Positions 14,276-31,325 of a stretch of 64,000 nucleotides of DNA are shown piece by piece; within the stretch, counting starts at the first letter, position 1; every line of letters starts with the position of its first letter. Origin of the DNA: the human T2T-CHM13v2.0 reference genome, Homo sapiens; the NCBI RefSeq assembly GCF_009914755.1, contig NC_060927.1; one strand, given 5' to 3'. Below the pieces are notes generated by a model. That model did not search any database. It was not told the origin of the DNA and worked only from the letters and a program-made list of their open reading frames with translations. The translations under genes and the position numbers were made by a program.

Positions 14276-15648
14276 CCTATTTTGGTATCTTCTTAATAAG
14301 GTAGTTCATTCTACTCAGGGTCATTCAAACACCTCGGGTCCACCTGGGGCCAAAAGGGAAGTCAAAGCCTGGTTGTTTACTGGATTTAACGGCAATTTTA
14401 CATCCCTGACTTATCAAAAACACCTGACAGCATACAGAATATTTTCAAATTCCCTAGAAGAGAAATCATTCTTTTTTTCTTCTCCTTTCTCTTGTTTTCA
14501 TGTATTATAGTTTTAATTTTTTTTCACCAAACACTAATTTATCTTTAGCCCTTTTTTATCTCCTACCATGTACTTTTCTGACACCTGCTCCCCTCCATCA
14601 AGTATCTTGCTACTACAGAAACAGAGCATTCAAGTGTACTTTATATTGATTGAAAATATTTTCACATTGAAAATAAATTCCTATTGGTGTTAAGATCTTT
14701 ATGACTTCTTGCCTTTTAAATTGTTCTGTTGCTCTAGGAATTTAACTTCATCTTTTCCCTTAGGATCACCACCTTTTAGATTTCAGGGACTCTTTGACAT
14801 AATTAGGTTGATCTTTAATAAGTTCCAGTTTAATAGCTCAAGTGAGCCCACATTAATTCCACTTTGTTTCTGTCTATTTGTGCAAATGATAATTCCCTTT
14901 CTTTCATCAATGTCATCTCTACACTGACTCCTAGCTCCACGTACTGAGAGTCTCCATCTGAGTTCTGCCTAAACTCATAGGTTAGTCTCTGATAACCTTT
15001 CTCCTAAACCTCTCAAACACCAACAGGCTGATTGCTGGATTCTCACAACTTGCCTCTTTAAATTGCTCTCTCCTTTTGGAATTTTGCAGTGGCTTCAATA
15101 ATCACTTACTTCATGTCACTATACTCAGAATGTTCACCGGACCACCTGTGTGCTTGTGTTTCTCTTATTACCTGCCCTCTAGCCTGAATCATGGATAGTT
15201 TCATGTTAAAAGCTTATCATTTATAATTAAGCAAATAATTAAACCAATATTGTTGATAAAATATTTTCACAAATATTTAGAAGAGTTTTATAAAAATGTA
15301 GTTATTTAGCCCCTGCAATTACTCAGATATTTTGCAGATTTGCAATAAGCAGAAAATAGAATCTTGTTCTCAACGAGTTGATAGTCTGGAAAAGAAAAGA
15401 GATGTTAATGGAATAATCATTATAATGGATATATAATGACAAATGAGATAAATGTTCTGCAGGAAAAATCACTGGGCTCTATGAATGTATTATAAGAAAG
15501 TCCTGTATTATACAAAAGAATCAGAGAAATCTTTTTGAAAAAGTAACACCTGAGCCAAGGAAAAGGTGTGAATAGTGGCTGAACATTCAAATGGTGGGGG
15601 TGCTGGGATTTGGAGAGAGTCTTTCTGGTAGATAAAAAGACCACATGT

Positions 15649-15960
15649 GGCCAGGCGCGATGGCTCATGCCTGTAATCCCAGCACTTTGGGAGGCCGAGG
15701 CGGGTGCATTACGAAGCCAAGGGATTGAGACCATCCTGGCAAACATGGTGAAACCCCGTCTCTACTAAAAATACAAAAGTTTGCTGGGCCTGGTGGCGTG
15801 TGCCTGTGGTCCCAGGTACTCGGGGTGCTGAGGCAAGAGAATTGCTTGAACCCGGGCTTAGGTTAGGTTGCAGTGAGCCGAGATTGTGCCACTAAGCCTG
15901 GCGACAGAGCGAGACGCTGTCTCAAAAAACAAACAAACAACAAACAAACAAACAAACAAA
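15649..15960 (+). mobile_element. AluS (Sc-like), inserted in an antisense L2 (~15300-16260)
   Basis: Dimer with a (CAAA)n tail. Degenerate TSD aaaaagaccacatg / aaaaacagcacatg. Confidence 0.9.
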
Positions 15961-16690
15961 AAACAGCACATGCTCGGTGATGGAAGAGTGCATGCCAAGT
16001 CTGAGGGACAAAACAAAATGCCACTGTGCCAGAGTTTGTTAAACCAGGGGAGTGCTACATGATGAAGCTCCAGAGAGAGGCAGGGACAAGATAACACACA
16101 GCTTTATAGGTCATGTTGAGCAATAATAGATTTTAAGCAGCATGAGTGACATCACAAGTTTGCAAAGATCATCCTAACTGGAATGTGAGGAATAGACTGG
16201 AGAAGGACCAACTTGGATGAGGAATAGCACTTAGATTATGGCAGAATTCAACTGAGGAACAATCATAGATTGGAGCATTCTGCACGCAGCCTTAAAGACT
16301 GGCTAGTTACATGACAAATGTGCCAGAATTAAATATGGAAAATGTACTCAATACTCCATAGTTCCCATTTTGAATAACTTGTATTTATAGCATTTTGCAC
16401 ACAATAAAGCACATACAATAATGCTTATGTGTGTACCCATGTATGTTCCTTTTAATCATCAGAAGCATCTTGTGAGGTAGCTATTTCTTCATTTTTTTCA
16501 AGTTAAGATATTTTCAGAAAGTTGAATGTCTTGTCAAAGCCTACACAAATGGTAAATAGCAGAATCAGCCCTCCTGAACCGTTACTTTCACTTCTTTCTT
16601 TCTACTTCATTGCATCCATTATATTTAAACATTTTCTCTTCCTTAAACAAACAAACAAACAAACTATATGCAGTATAGGAGCGTTAACAC

Positions 16691-16753
16691 CTTTCTGCAT
16701 ATTCTCAGCTGCAGTTGCCAACTCTTCTACAGTTTCCTTAGCATCTTAATCTG
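16691..16753 (-). other. Candidate pseudo-exon, 63 nt (phase 1-1: AD*DAKETVEELATAAENMQK)
   Basis: gtgtttag|CAG ... AAG|gtgtta (weak donor). Helical, protein-like translation. Confidence 0.5.
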
Positions 16754-17505
16754 CTAAACACTTAACGACAATTACTGATGACAACAAACGCAGAATACAA
16801 TGTTGAGCCTTCTTAGTAGTTCAGTTTCTCCTCTTTGCATATGTTAATGAATAATTTTAATTCTACATGATCAACAATTTAAAAGCATGCTTGTAGCTCA
16901 AGCAATTTGGAAGTGTACTTTAGAATCTATAAATACATTTTGGACAGATATGATCTGGTGCTAATCCTGAGGATATGACAGAAGGCAAACACCAGTCAGC
17001 ATCATTTAAGAGTTATTTTCTTCATTAAATTTTCTTCCCAAAATGGTGGGTAATTCTAATTTTTTAAATGTCTAAAAAAGGCTCAAGGCTCCTATCAGCT
17101 ATGGAATTATACAATCTTACATTTAAATTTGTTACATAGTTATGTGGAAAAGGGAATAACTGGTGTGCCATAAGCTACAGTTGCTGACACAGTACTCATA
17201 ATAGGTTCTTTCCCAGAGGTTTTATTGCAGTTATATAAAAAAATCATTCATTTATGATGTTCAAAAAACTTTTTTGGGGGTTACATTTTTGAGAGATGTA
17301 GCAGGAAAATATTAGTTACTGTTTATAATAACTTAAGCAACAAACATTTGTGCAACTACAAACACTGTGATAGTTTGCATTTTCTTACTTGTTCAAAATA
17401 CAGAATTTTAAACTTCCTAATGTAAAAATTATTTTAAGTTCCGTAGGAACAAAATTACATCACTACTGAAAACAGAGGCCTTGTTTCTTATTATTACAGT
17501 CATAC

Positions 17506-17697
17506 CTTTTCTTTTTCTGACATTTTATTGATGTATACATAAAATATTATTCAATACAATCGCTTTGCAATGCTAGTAATTTGAGGAAAATTAAATTTTA
17601 CAGGTTTCTTTATGCTTCTGTCATATTCATCTTCCTTCTTCATAATTATTTCAGACTTGCCAGTAAGCTTTCTGTTATTTTTGCCTCTCTTGAGAAG
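17506..17697 (-). other. Candidate pseudo-exon, 192 nt (phase 1-1: SQERQK*QKAYWQV*NNYEEGR*I*QKHKETC...)
   Basis: Long pyrimidine tract then caaaag|C; donor AAG|gtatga. Length is a multiple of 3. Confidence 0.55.
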
Positions 17698-18234
17698 CTT
17701 TTGTAATGAAAAGAGAAAAGAGAGAAATTTCTCAAGGTAGCATATGCTATTCAAAAGAAAATCATCTTGGAAAATTATCATTATTTCATACATTATTTTA
17801 AGAGTTTCCCTAGGAATGACCTTCCTTCTAGACAGATGAGAGTACATATTAAACATTTATAGTCTGAGAAATTAACTTTTGGCAGAGGGGAAAAAGGAAG
17901 AAAAAACGATTAAGACATAGAGTCTGGTTCGATCAATCTGGCTATGAATAATTACGTTAAAATTGGCTCTTTATATTTTGCACACTCTATAAAGTTATAC
18001 ATTTAACAGAAATTGCTTTGTGAAATAAAAGTAAATAATTAAAATAGAAAAACATAAAAGAAATTATTTTGCTAAATAAATTATTTTAAATGAAACAAGA
18101 TATTATGGGGCAGTGTCTTTTATTTAATATCTACTTATAAATTATGTTTCACAAAGTATACACTTTTCATCCAAATTTACCATATCTAAAGGCAAAATAA
18201 TCCACAAAATGTTTAATTATATCTTGACTTTTAG

Positions 18235-18485
18235 TATTATTATTATTTTATTTCAATAGCTTTTGTGGTATAAATGGCTTTTGGTTACATGGATGAATTC
18301 TCTTGCGGTGAATTCTGAGATTTTAGCGCACCTGTCATCCAAGCAGTGTACACTGTGCCCAATATGTAGCCTTTTCTTCTTCAACCCCCCTCTTCACCTC
18401 TCCGTCAGTTCCCAAAGTCTATCATACCACTCTGTATGTCTTTGCACCCACATAGCTTAGCTCACACTTATAAATGAGAACATAT
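18235..18485 (-). mobile_element. L1PB-type 3' end fragment
   Basis: tttcaatagctttt...ttggttacatggatgaa...catagcttagctc. Confidence 0.8.
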
Positions 18486-18517
18486 CTTCTGATCTTTTTT
18501 TAAGATGATAAAGCTAC

Positions 18518-18584
18518 CATTTTCTGGAGACTCTCCAGTGTCCAAAGGAGAAGGGTCTACAATTATGAATATTTTCGGATACAC
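18518..18584 (-). other. Candidate pseudo-exon, 67 nt (phase 0-1: VYPKIFIIVDPSPLDTGESPEN; VSENI in a shifted frame)
   Basis: tctctgtgtcatacag|G ... ATG|gtagct (weak donor). Confidence 0.4.
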
Positions 18585-21500
18585 CTGTATGACACAGAGA
18601 TTTTTTTTTTTCATCCACATAGCCGTGTACAAAATTTGAAGGGGGATAAGGCAGAAAATTGGCCCCAGTTTTCGTATTTCAAACTTAAACAATAAAATGT
18701 CCTTACTCTAATTTTTGTAACAGTGTTTGTGCTTTGAGATGTTAATGCAGAATTCTACACAGTATTACAAAAAGATTAAAGGCCTGCAATTGTATCTGAA
18801 GCAAAGTTTACCCTAAAGCTAAACTGCATTAATTTTTCCATCATAAAGCCATGACACACTTTATAAGTTGCATTATTATATAATGTTGTCCCCCCTTGCA
18901 CCTAGAAGTTTCAAATTGAAATCAATGTCATCCAAATCTAAAACTAGCTTTTTTATTAACATCTTCATTTTAAAATAAATTGCAACATTATACCTTGTTA
19001 TAAAAGATGAAAAATGTTGCCTGGGGGTCCATCAAATAATTTCCAGATGCCAACCATATTTTATGTAATTCTATAATACCACTGAAATGAATGTGTCTTA
19101 AACCTTTTGTGTCCAAATTCATAGGAAACATCACCATGGTAACATGATAGTCTAAGGAAACGATATTTTAGAGCTTAAGTCTGAAGAGTAAATGTCAGAG
19201 ACCAGTAATTCTGAGCTTTTTGCTCTTTGAAGAATTCCATATATTTGCATCAATATTTAAACATTAAATCATTGGTTTATAAGATTAGCAAAAGTGCATT
19301 TACTTATTAGTAAAGTTACCAGCCTTATCCCAACAATGCATGTAAAATATGTTACCATTGTTGGGTATTTCTGAAATGAATATAAATATGGTACCACCAC
19401 ATTTTTGTTTATGACTGTATTCAATGTTCAATATTTGTATAGTGCTTTTAAATTTTCAAATAATTTTGAGTGACATTATAGATATTTTTACAATGGTTTA
19501 TTTTATATGAAGAACATTAAACACCATATAATTGTGTTACCTTTGATCACACACCTGTTTGGGTGTTAAGTAGACACAAAAGGAGTTTCAGAGAAGAATC
19601 TTAGTCTTTGGACCTGTACTTGCCAGTCTCATTTAAAAGAAAAAAAAATGAGTGGGTTGTCACATATTCTAATGCTGTCCCTATTAAATTCCTCATTTTC
19701 TAAAAAGATTCATAGTCATAGTCTCATATGCACAAACTGAAAATGTGTAAGAATCTTCACTTCAGTGAACTGACTGCCTTGAAATATTTCTCAGAGTATC
19801 CCTGGAAGTATAAATAAATTGTCATAACTTCTCAGCACAACTGTGCTAATGTTTTTTTAACCTTTTTGTTTCTGTTTTTGGTTTTGTTTTTTGTTAGTGG
19901 AGAAATTTTTATTGAAATACGCTGTGAACTGCAGAAATACAAAAAATCTAAAATACAGAGTAATTTATTTGAACACACCTAAATGTCTAGAGTCATAGAG
20001 CATTTACACACCAGTGTGGAGAGACCATATTTTCTGAAATTGTTACAATCATGGTGAATAATTTACTAGCTTTATTTTAGAGTGTTAATAAGAACATAAG
20101 CAAATAATCTACAGTATGTGAAATGTTTTTCTTTAGAGTTTTAATACTTTTAGAAAAGTGTTCAATAATGTTCTAATATAATATTTTGTTTTATAATGCC
20201 AATACATTAGTTGGGCATTATGAGTGTTCATAGATAATTTGTTTAAAGAGAAGAACAATATATAAAAACATTATGCCAATGTATATACTTTCAAGAAAGG
20301 CAATTAATGTTTGAAAAACTTTCTTAAAGTTCCTTAGGTTTTGAGATGATATTATCCTTTTTTTGAATGTATAATTTAAACTCTGGAAAAAAAATCTCTG
20401 ACACTCCTCTAATTAAATGATTCTCAGGTTATTTCATCCAGATTAGGCCTTTAGGAAAACAATACTTGAAATTATATTTGCAGAATGAGATAATTGTTTA
20501 AATTATACTACTAGATAAGAGTCCAGGGTAATTATTGGTTATTTGAAGACATCAGTCTCTTCTAATTTTGTAGTTAAAACAAGCTAATTAATGATTTTTT
20601 TATGCTGGAAACGTATTAAAAATAAAATCTACAATAGATTTTTCACACAGTTCTAATTATTGAATCAATAAATGCTTCCAGAAGGTTTTTTTAAAAAATC
20701 ATTTAAAAATTAGCAAGAGAGAATAACACATTAAATTATCAAAGGAATAGAAAAGTTATATGTGAAAGGCTACTGTATTAGAACTCTTCTGTCTAGAATA
20801 ACACATACTAGGGAATTCTGAAATAAAATTACACAGAAAAATAACATGCCAAGTAAAGCAATAGTATGAACTTGGCTTTGTTTATCAAGTCTAACCTCAA
20901 GAACTAAAAGAATCACTTGAATGAAAAAGACTTTACCAAGGAAAAACAAACTAAAATAATTTTGCTTTTTTTGTGGAAAAGCAACTTGTTTGAGGAATAA
21001 GCTCTTTATGGTTAGGATTATAATTTGAAACACTATGTTATTAAAATTAGTATGCAAATTATTTCTGTAAAGTTTTTCAAAACATACGTTGTTTATTAAA
21101 ATTATAATTATAATTATAATATTTTAAAAATTATTTTCCATTAAAAGAACCTTCCACAAATCATTTTTAGGAAAAGTGAAATAAAAGTAAATGAAAACAT
21201 TATGTATAACATATGAATTGTCTTACTGATTAAAAAATTAAATATATAGTGCCCAAAAAGTTATTACATCCTTATTAGTATCTTGTTTGAAAAAAGATTA
21301 CATACGTTTGGATTTTAAAAGAAAATAAATAATTTATGTATTTATTCACATGATCCACCTATTCAACAAATGTTTATTGAGAACCTACTGTGTGGCACAT
21401 AGTGCAATGCACTACGGAAATAAATATCACAGAACAGCCTCTCTCTCAAAAACTTCATAACATTATGCTTCTCTCAATTATTTTAAAGTATTTTATAAAT

Positions 21501-21856
21501 ACTTTTCTTTGACTTTGAATTATCTGGAAAAAGTACCTTAAGTCTTGACTTTGCATTGCTTATATAGGTACAGTTTCCATGGCATGCATTTTTCCAAGTG
21601 TCTAAATTTCTCCTGAGTAGTGCTTAGGCATCTAGGGCAGCAAAGCTCTTCAGTCCACAAGGGAACCCCTTGGATCGTTATTGCTGCAGTTCATTAAGTG
21701 GTACTCTATTGGTTTAGAGTTAATAGGCTTTCTAAGCACCTAAGTCACTACCTATGATGTATTATGCCCATAGAATGTTTACAATGGATAATAAGGTTAA
21801 CTGTTAAAAGGTTAATTTGTCTTCTGTTCACAGGTAAAAAGGAACTACTAAGCTTA

Positions 21857-21908
21857 TATTCAGACTAACAAATTGTGAGTTTTATTCAAACTAACAAATT
21901 GTGAGTTT
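21857..21908. repeat. 26-bp tandem duplication
   Basis: TATTCA(G/A)ACTAACAAATTGTGAGTTT twice, 1 mismatch. Confidence 0.95.
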
Positions 21909-22639
21909 TAATCATCTGAGCAATGGAATTACCTTAACTCAATCAGGATGCTCAAGATTGCAGAGTATTGATAATATAGAGATCGACTATTTCCAAATTT
22001 ACTACAAATTTGCATTGGTGATCACAGTGTATTATGTTAAAATCATTATTGTTTAAATATCTAAAATGTAGGTTTATTTCTGAAAAGACCCACATCATTT
22101 TAACTCCTCTTAATGTTTATCCTAAAATGATATTATACAGTAAAAGATTATATGCTAAAGAAAAGGCAAGCCCAAAGAGTAATTATCACTATGTGACCAT
22201 AGTTCTCTACCTAGATTTAGAAAGAGGGGGAAGAGGGAGACAGAGAGAGAATGTACTATGTACAATATTGTCTTACATGGCAAAGAACAGGAAGATCAAT
22301 TCTTATTTGAATTAAAGCTATTTTACATCTTAATCTACATTTTACCTTCCATCTTTAATCATTTCTGAAAATGTAATGGAAGTTTTATATTTCATATTTT
22401 ATATATATATATGTATAATTTTGCTTTAGGGACAGGATTTGTTTCTATTCTGGCTTACAAAAAGTGTCATTAGTTCTTTAGTTCAAACTGATTTTTTAAT
22501 TTGCCAGACAAAAAAGGTTCATCTTTGGCTTTTGAGGTATAATATTACATAAAGTTTCTTATAAAAAATGCTTCAAAATTTTTTTAGAGAATGCAGTTTT
22601 AATAATTTGCCTCTAAATGTTACTTATAACTACTGTCCC

Positions 22640-23380
22640 TCAGCTATTCATTCATTTGCTTATTCCATCAACAAATATTTATTCAGTGTCTAGTATGTAC
22701 CAGAAAATACTTTTGGCATCAAGGATGTAGTTGTGAACTTTAAAGGTAGTTTTCTTTCTACTTTTCTGGTACCTATATCTAAAGAAGAACCTGAAAAGTA
22801 AGATGAATGAATGAATGATTGGTCAAATAAATGAATGAATAAACAAAGAGAAATAAGGTAATGAGAAAAATAAATGAGGTACTATGATAAAGAATCATGA
22901 CCAGTTAATATTGGGAGGGCAAGGAAGAGGAGGTGTCTCTGAGAAAGTGAGACATAAACCAAGACCTTAGTGACAGTGGAATGTAACCATGCTAGGAGCT
23001 CTGGCAAGGATATAGTAGGCATGAGGCTCAGCAAATCCAAAGGCCTTAAATTTCAAACAAATTTGGGGGTCTTCAGGAACATACCAAAGTGGAGTCTAAC
23101 TTGACCAATGCAAAGACCAGGGCTAGTGTTATAACATGAGGTTGGAAAAGGAGGTAATGGCAAATTGTGTAGGGCTCTGAAAGTTAAGGTAAAGTGTTTT
23201 GGATAATATTTAAATACAAACAAAACTCATTTGATGAATTTAACTTGGAAGTAACATGCTTTGGTTGGAAATTTTAAAAGACCATTCTGGTTTCTGGAGA
23301 ATGAATAACAAGGGACAAAAGAGTAGAAGCAAGAAGATTAGTTAAAGACAGAAATCAAGGAGGACATGTAGGTTTTTAGC
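22640..23380 (-). mobile_element. L2 fragment
   Basis: ttcattcatt...caacaaatatttattcagtgtctagtatgtaccag, followed by L2 body motifs. Confidence 0.7.
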
Positions 23381-23590
23381 TCAACAATCTGGGTATATTT
23401 CCTGAGGTAAGCAATATTTAAATGGCTGCCTTAATTGAGTTTTAATGCTAACATTAATAAAGTTTTGAGTAATTGCTTTTAAAGATAATATAATCTAGAA
23501 GACAAAATAAGGCAATTCTATGCCAGTAGAAGCTTAAAATTGTAGAGTGGCAATCCCCTAACTTTTGCAAGTATAAAATCTTTGAGATTA

Positions 23591-24498
23591 GGAGGGAGGA
23601 GCCAAGATGGCCGAATAGGAACAGCTCTGGTCTACAGCTCCCAGTGTGAGCGACGCAGAATACGGGTGATTTCTGCATTTCCATCTGAGGTACCAGGTAC
23701 ATCTCACTAGGGAGTGCCAGACAGTGGGCGCAGGTCAGTGGGTGCGCGCACCGTGCACCAGCCGAAGCAGGGCGAGGCATTGGCTCACTCGGAAGCACAA
23801 GGGGTCAGGGACTTCCCTTTCCTAGTCAAAGAAAGGGGTGATGGACGGCACCTGGAAAATCGGGTCACTCCCACCCGAATACTGTGCTTCTCTGACGGGC
23901 TTAAAAAACAGCACACCACGAGATTATATCCTGCACCTGGCTCGGAAGGTCCTACGCCCATGGAGTCTTGCTGATTTGCTAGCACAGCAGTCTGAGATCA
24001 AACTGCAAGGCGGCAGCTAGGCTGGGGGAGGGGCGCCCACCATTGCCCAGGCTTGTTTAGGTAAACAAAGCAGCCCGGAAGCTCGAACTGGGTGGAGCCC
24101 ACCACAGCTCAAGGAGGCCTGCCTGCCTCTGTAGGCTCCACCTCTGGGGGCAGGGCACAGACAAACAAAAAGACAGCAGTAAGCTCTGCAGACTTAAATG
24201 TCCCTGTCTGACAGCTTTCAAGAGAGCAGTGGTTCTCCCAGTACGCAGCTGGAGATCTGAGAATGGGCAGACTGCCTCCTCAAGTGGGTCCCTGACCCCT
24301 GACCCCCGAGCAGCCTAACTGGGAGGCACCCTCCAGCAGGGGCACACTGACACCTCACACGGCAGGGTACTCCAACAGACCTGCAGCTGAGGGTCCTGTC
24401 TGTTAGAAGGAAAACTAACAAACAGAAAGGACACCCACACCAAAAACCCATCTGTACATCACCATCATCAAAGACCAAAAGTAGATAAAACCACAAAG
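23591..24498 (+). promoter_or_regulatory. L1 5'UTR internal sense promoter and antisense promoter
   Basis: 908-bp CpG-containing 5'UTR with an intact YY1 site CAAGATGGCC at 23603-23612. Confidence 0.85.
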
Positions 24499-25515
24499 AT
24501 GGGGAAAAAACAGAACAGAAAAACTGGAAACTCTAAAAAGCAGAGCGCCTCTCCTCCTCCAAAGGAACGCAGTTCCTCACCAGCAACGGAACAAAGCTGG
24601 ATGGAGAATGACTTTGACGAGCTGAGAGAAGAAGGCTTCAGACGATCAAATTACTCTGAGCTATGGGAGGACATTCAAACCAAAGGCAAAGAAGTTGAAA
24701 ACTTTGAAAAAAATTTAGAAGAATGTATAACTAGAATAACCAATACAGAGAAGTGCTTAAAGGAGCTGATGGAGCTGAAAACCAAGGCTCGAGAACTATG
24801 TGAAGAATGCAGAAGCCTCAGGAGCCAATGCGATCAACTGGAAGAAAGGGTATCAGCGATGGAAGATGAAATGAATGAAATGAAGCGAGAAGGGAAGATT
24901 AGAGAAAAAAGAATAAAAAGAAACGAGCAAAGCCTCCAAGAAATATGGGACTATGTGAAAAGACCAAATCTACGTCTGATTGGTCTACCTGAAAGTGATG
25001 GGGAGAATGGAACCAAGTTGGAAAACACTCTGCAAGATATTATCCAGGAGAACTTCCTCAATCTAGCAAGGCAGGCCAACATTCAGATTCAGGAAATACA
25101 GAGAACGCCACAAAGATACTCCTCGAGAAGAGCAACTCCAAGACACATAATTGTCAGATTCACCAAAGTTGAAATGAAGGAAAAAATGTTAAGGGCAGCC
25201 AGAGAGAAAGGTTGGGTTACCCTCAAAGGGAAGCCCATCAGACTAACAGCAGATCTCTCGGCAGAAACCCTACAAGCCAGAAGAGGGTGGGGGCCAATAT
25301 TCAACATTCTTAAAGAAAAGAATTTTCAACCCAGAATTTCATATCCAGCCAAACTAAGCTTCATAAGTGAAGGAGAAATAAAATACTTTACAGACAAGCA
25401 AATGCTGAGAGATTTTGTCACCACCAGGCCTGCCCTAAAAGAGCTCCTGAAGGAAGTGCTAAACATGGAAAGGAACAACCGGTACCAGCCGCTGCAAAAT
25501 CATGCCAAAATGTAA
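24499..25515 (+). CDS. LINE-1 ORF1p (338 aa, uninterrupted)
   Basis: MGKKQNRKTGNSK...NHAKM, with REKG(235-238), ARR(260-262) and YPAKLS(282-287) retained. Confidence 0.95.
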   Translation: MGKKQNRKTGNSKKQSASPPPKERSSSPATEQSWMENDFDELREEGFRRSNYSELWEDIQTKGKEVENFEKNLEECITRITNTEKCLKELMELKTKARELCEECRSLRSQCDQLEERVSAMEDEMNEMKREGKIREKRIKRNEQSLQEIWDYVKRPNLRLIGLPESDGENGTKLENTLQDIIQENFLNLARQANIQIQEIQRTPQRYSSRRATPRHIIVRFTKVEMKEKMLRAAREKGWVTLKGKPIRLTADLSAETLQARRGWGPIFNILKEKNFQPRISYPAKLSFISEGEIKYFTDKQMLRDFVTTRPALKELLKEVLNMERNNRYQPLQNHAKM

Positions 25516-25563
25516 AGACCATCGAGACTAGGAAGAAACTGCATCAACTAACGAGCAAAATAA

Positions 25564-29404
<3,841 letters not shown>

Positions 29405-29879
29405 ACAATGAAAACACATGGACACAGGAAGGGGAACATCACACTCTGGGGACTGTTGTGGGGTGGGGGGAGGGGGGAGGGATAGCGCTGGGAGATATAC
29501 CTAATGCTAGATGACAAGTTAGTGGGTGTAGCGCACCAGCATGGCACATGTATACATATGTAACTAACCTGCACAATGTGCACATGTACCCCAAAAATTA
29601 AAGTCTAACAATTAAAAAAAAATAAAATCTTTGAGATTAAAAAGGTAGGTTAGATATACATTTCTCAAAATTCCATCTTTAAAAATTAATATATTGTAGA
29701 TATAAAAAAAATTTAGAACATCCTAATCTAATATTTCTTTAACTGCTCTGATGGAGGCTATTCAGGAATGAAGTTTAGCTTCAAATATTCCATAAAGAAG
29801 TAATGGTCCCAATATCTAATGATTTATCTCACAGTTATCTGAGGATTTCACACTGCTAAAAGTTTTATAGGAAAATTAC

Positions 29880-29960
29880 CAGCTGGGAACTAATGTCATT
29901 CAAAGGACACATTCTGATCATCAGAGGGCCCTTGATTTTTGTAGCTATGCTGAACCAAGG
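29880..29960 (-). other. Candidate pseudo-exon, 81 nt (phase 0-0: PWFSIATKIKGPLMIRMCPLNDISSQL)
   Basis: catattttatacag|C ... CTG|gtaatt. LND...Q resembles FNBP1 MNDYAGQ. Confidence 0.4.
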
Positions 29961-31089
29961 CTGTATAAAATATGCTTTTCCTATGAGATGCCCTAAATGG
30001 CTTTGGAAATAAACAAAGAGTACAATAATAAACTTACTCAGGTTAACAATCAAAATACTCAACTCAAGAGAAACTTTTTTTCACATCATGTCAAGTTCAA
30101 GAGAAGTGTTATCTAATTATTGAGGAAACTAGAAATGCTATATTTCTCAGCTTTGTTCTTGTAAAGCTCTATTTTACTGGCACTTTTACAATGCATTTTT
30201 TTATTTTCCTTTTTTTCTTACAAACTTTATATTGCTTTAAAGTTAGAAGTTCAGATTTTGAAGAAGTTAGCCCTTTGACAATAAGAATTATTTCTAATGT
30301 CGCTCCAGTTTTTAAAGAAACATCACAGTAACTTCTAATCATACACCTTTTCATGCCAAGTGGCAGCTTTTATTCAACTGTGATTCACACTAAAAGCGGG
30401 AGTTGCTCTGTTGTTAATGAAGTTTACTAAAGTTACAATTTTAAGTTAAGAATACTATTATGTTTTAAATCAGGCATTAGAGTTAGCTTGAAATAATAAA
30501 TATTTCATTGTTGTTACTTATTTTAGGAAAACAACTATGATAATTAAGGCACACATCAGATATCTTAGAGCATTAAGACAAGCCTTCATCCAAAGGCCAA
30601 TGCTTGAGGGACAGACCATTATGTAACATTCTATCACTGAGATGCTGAGATCCACACCTAGATTGACCTTCCTTCTGCTTATGCATAAAGGCTAGCTAGT
30701 TAACGGTGCATAAATAAGAGGGAGTGGTAGAGAAACCGTGATGGTAGGAGGTGTGGTAACAACAATATGAACGCAAGTCATAAGCAGCATTATTGGCTTG
30801 GGGGAAGAAGATGCCAAAAAATGAATTCAAATCAATTTCACTAGATGTAATTTTTACTTAGCATGATATCAGAGCTGGAATAGTGCTTGGATGGTACTAC
30901 TGCTGGCCAACTTCCGTTCAACTCCTTAGATTAACTTTTCTATTCTTGAATTTTCATTCCTTTGATTCAAGGACTTATGCTTTATTGAAATAAAAAGACC
31001 ACAGGGAAGGGTAACGCATTAGGCAGTCTACAGTGATTTTTTCAATAGGATTTACTTGTTAAACGGTTACCTACCAACTGATGCTTGAG

Positions 31090-31325
31090 TAAGTAGCTCT
31101 ATCTTATAATAGGAGATAAGCAGACATGAATTTGAATTCTTGCTTTGCTTTTTATTAAAGGTAGCATCCTAGGCAAACTTAAGTATTTGAGCTTAAGTTT
31201 CATGATATACACAAGAGATGAATTATTTTGTTATTATGATGAATGATACTATTAAATGTGGTTATATGAAAGAACTAGAAGGACTTGTTTAATACGATAG
31301 GTAGTAAAAATATATTAGTTAAATT
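31090..31325 (+). mobile_element. MIR
   Basis: cagacatgaatttgaattcttgct...ctaggcaaacttaa...gcttaagtttc core. Confidence 0.55.

Noticed and set aside
21857-21908. CRISPR-like direct repeat
   Set aside because: Only two adjacent copies with no spacers, in a eukaryotic context.
22645-22841. 13-bp inverted repeat of L2-tail (GAAT)n sequence as a possible miR-28-type hairpin
   Set aside because: The arms are low-complexity and ~170 nt apart, with no extended pre-miRNA-like stem.
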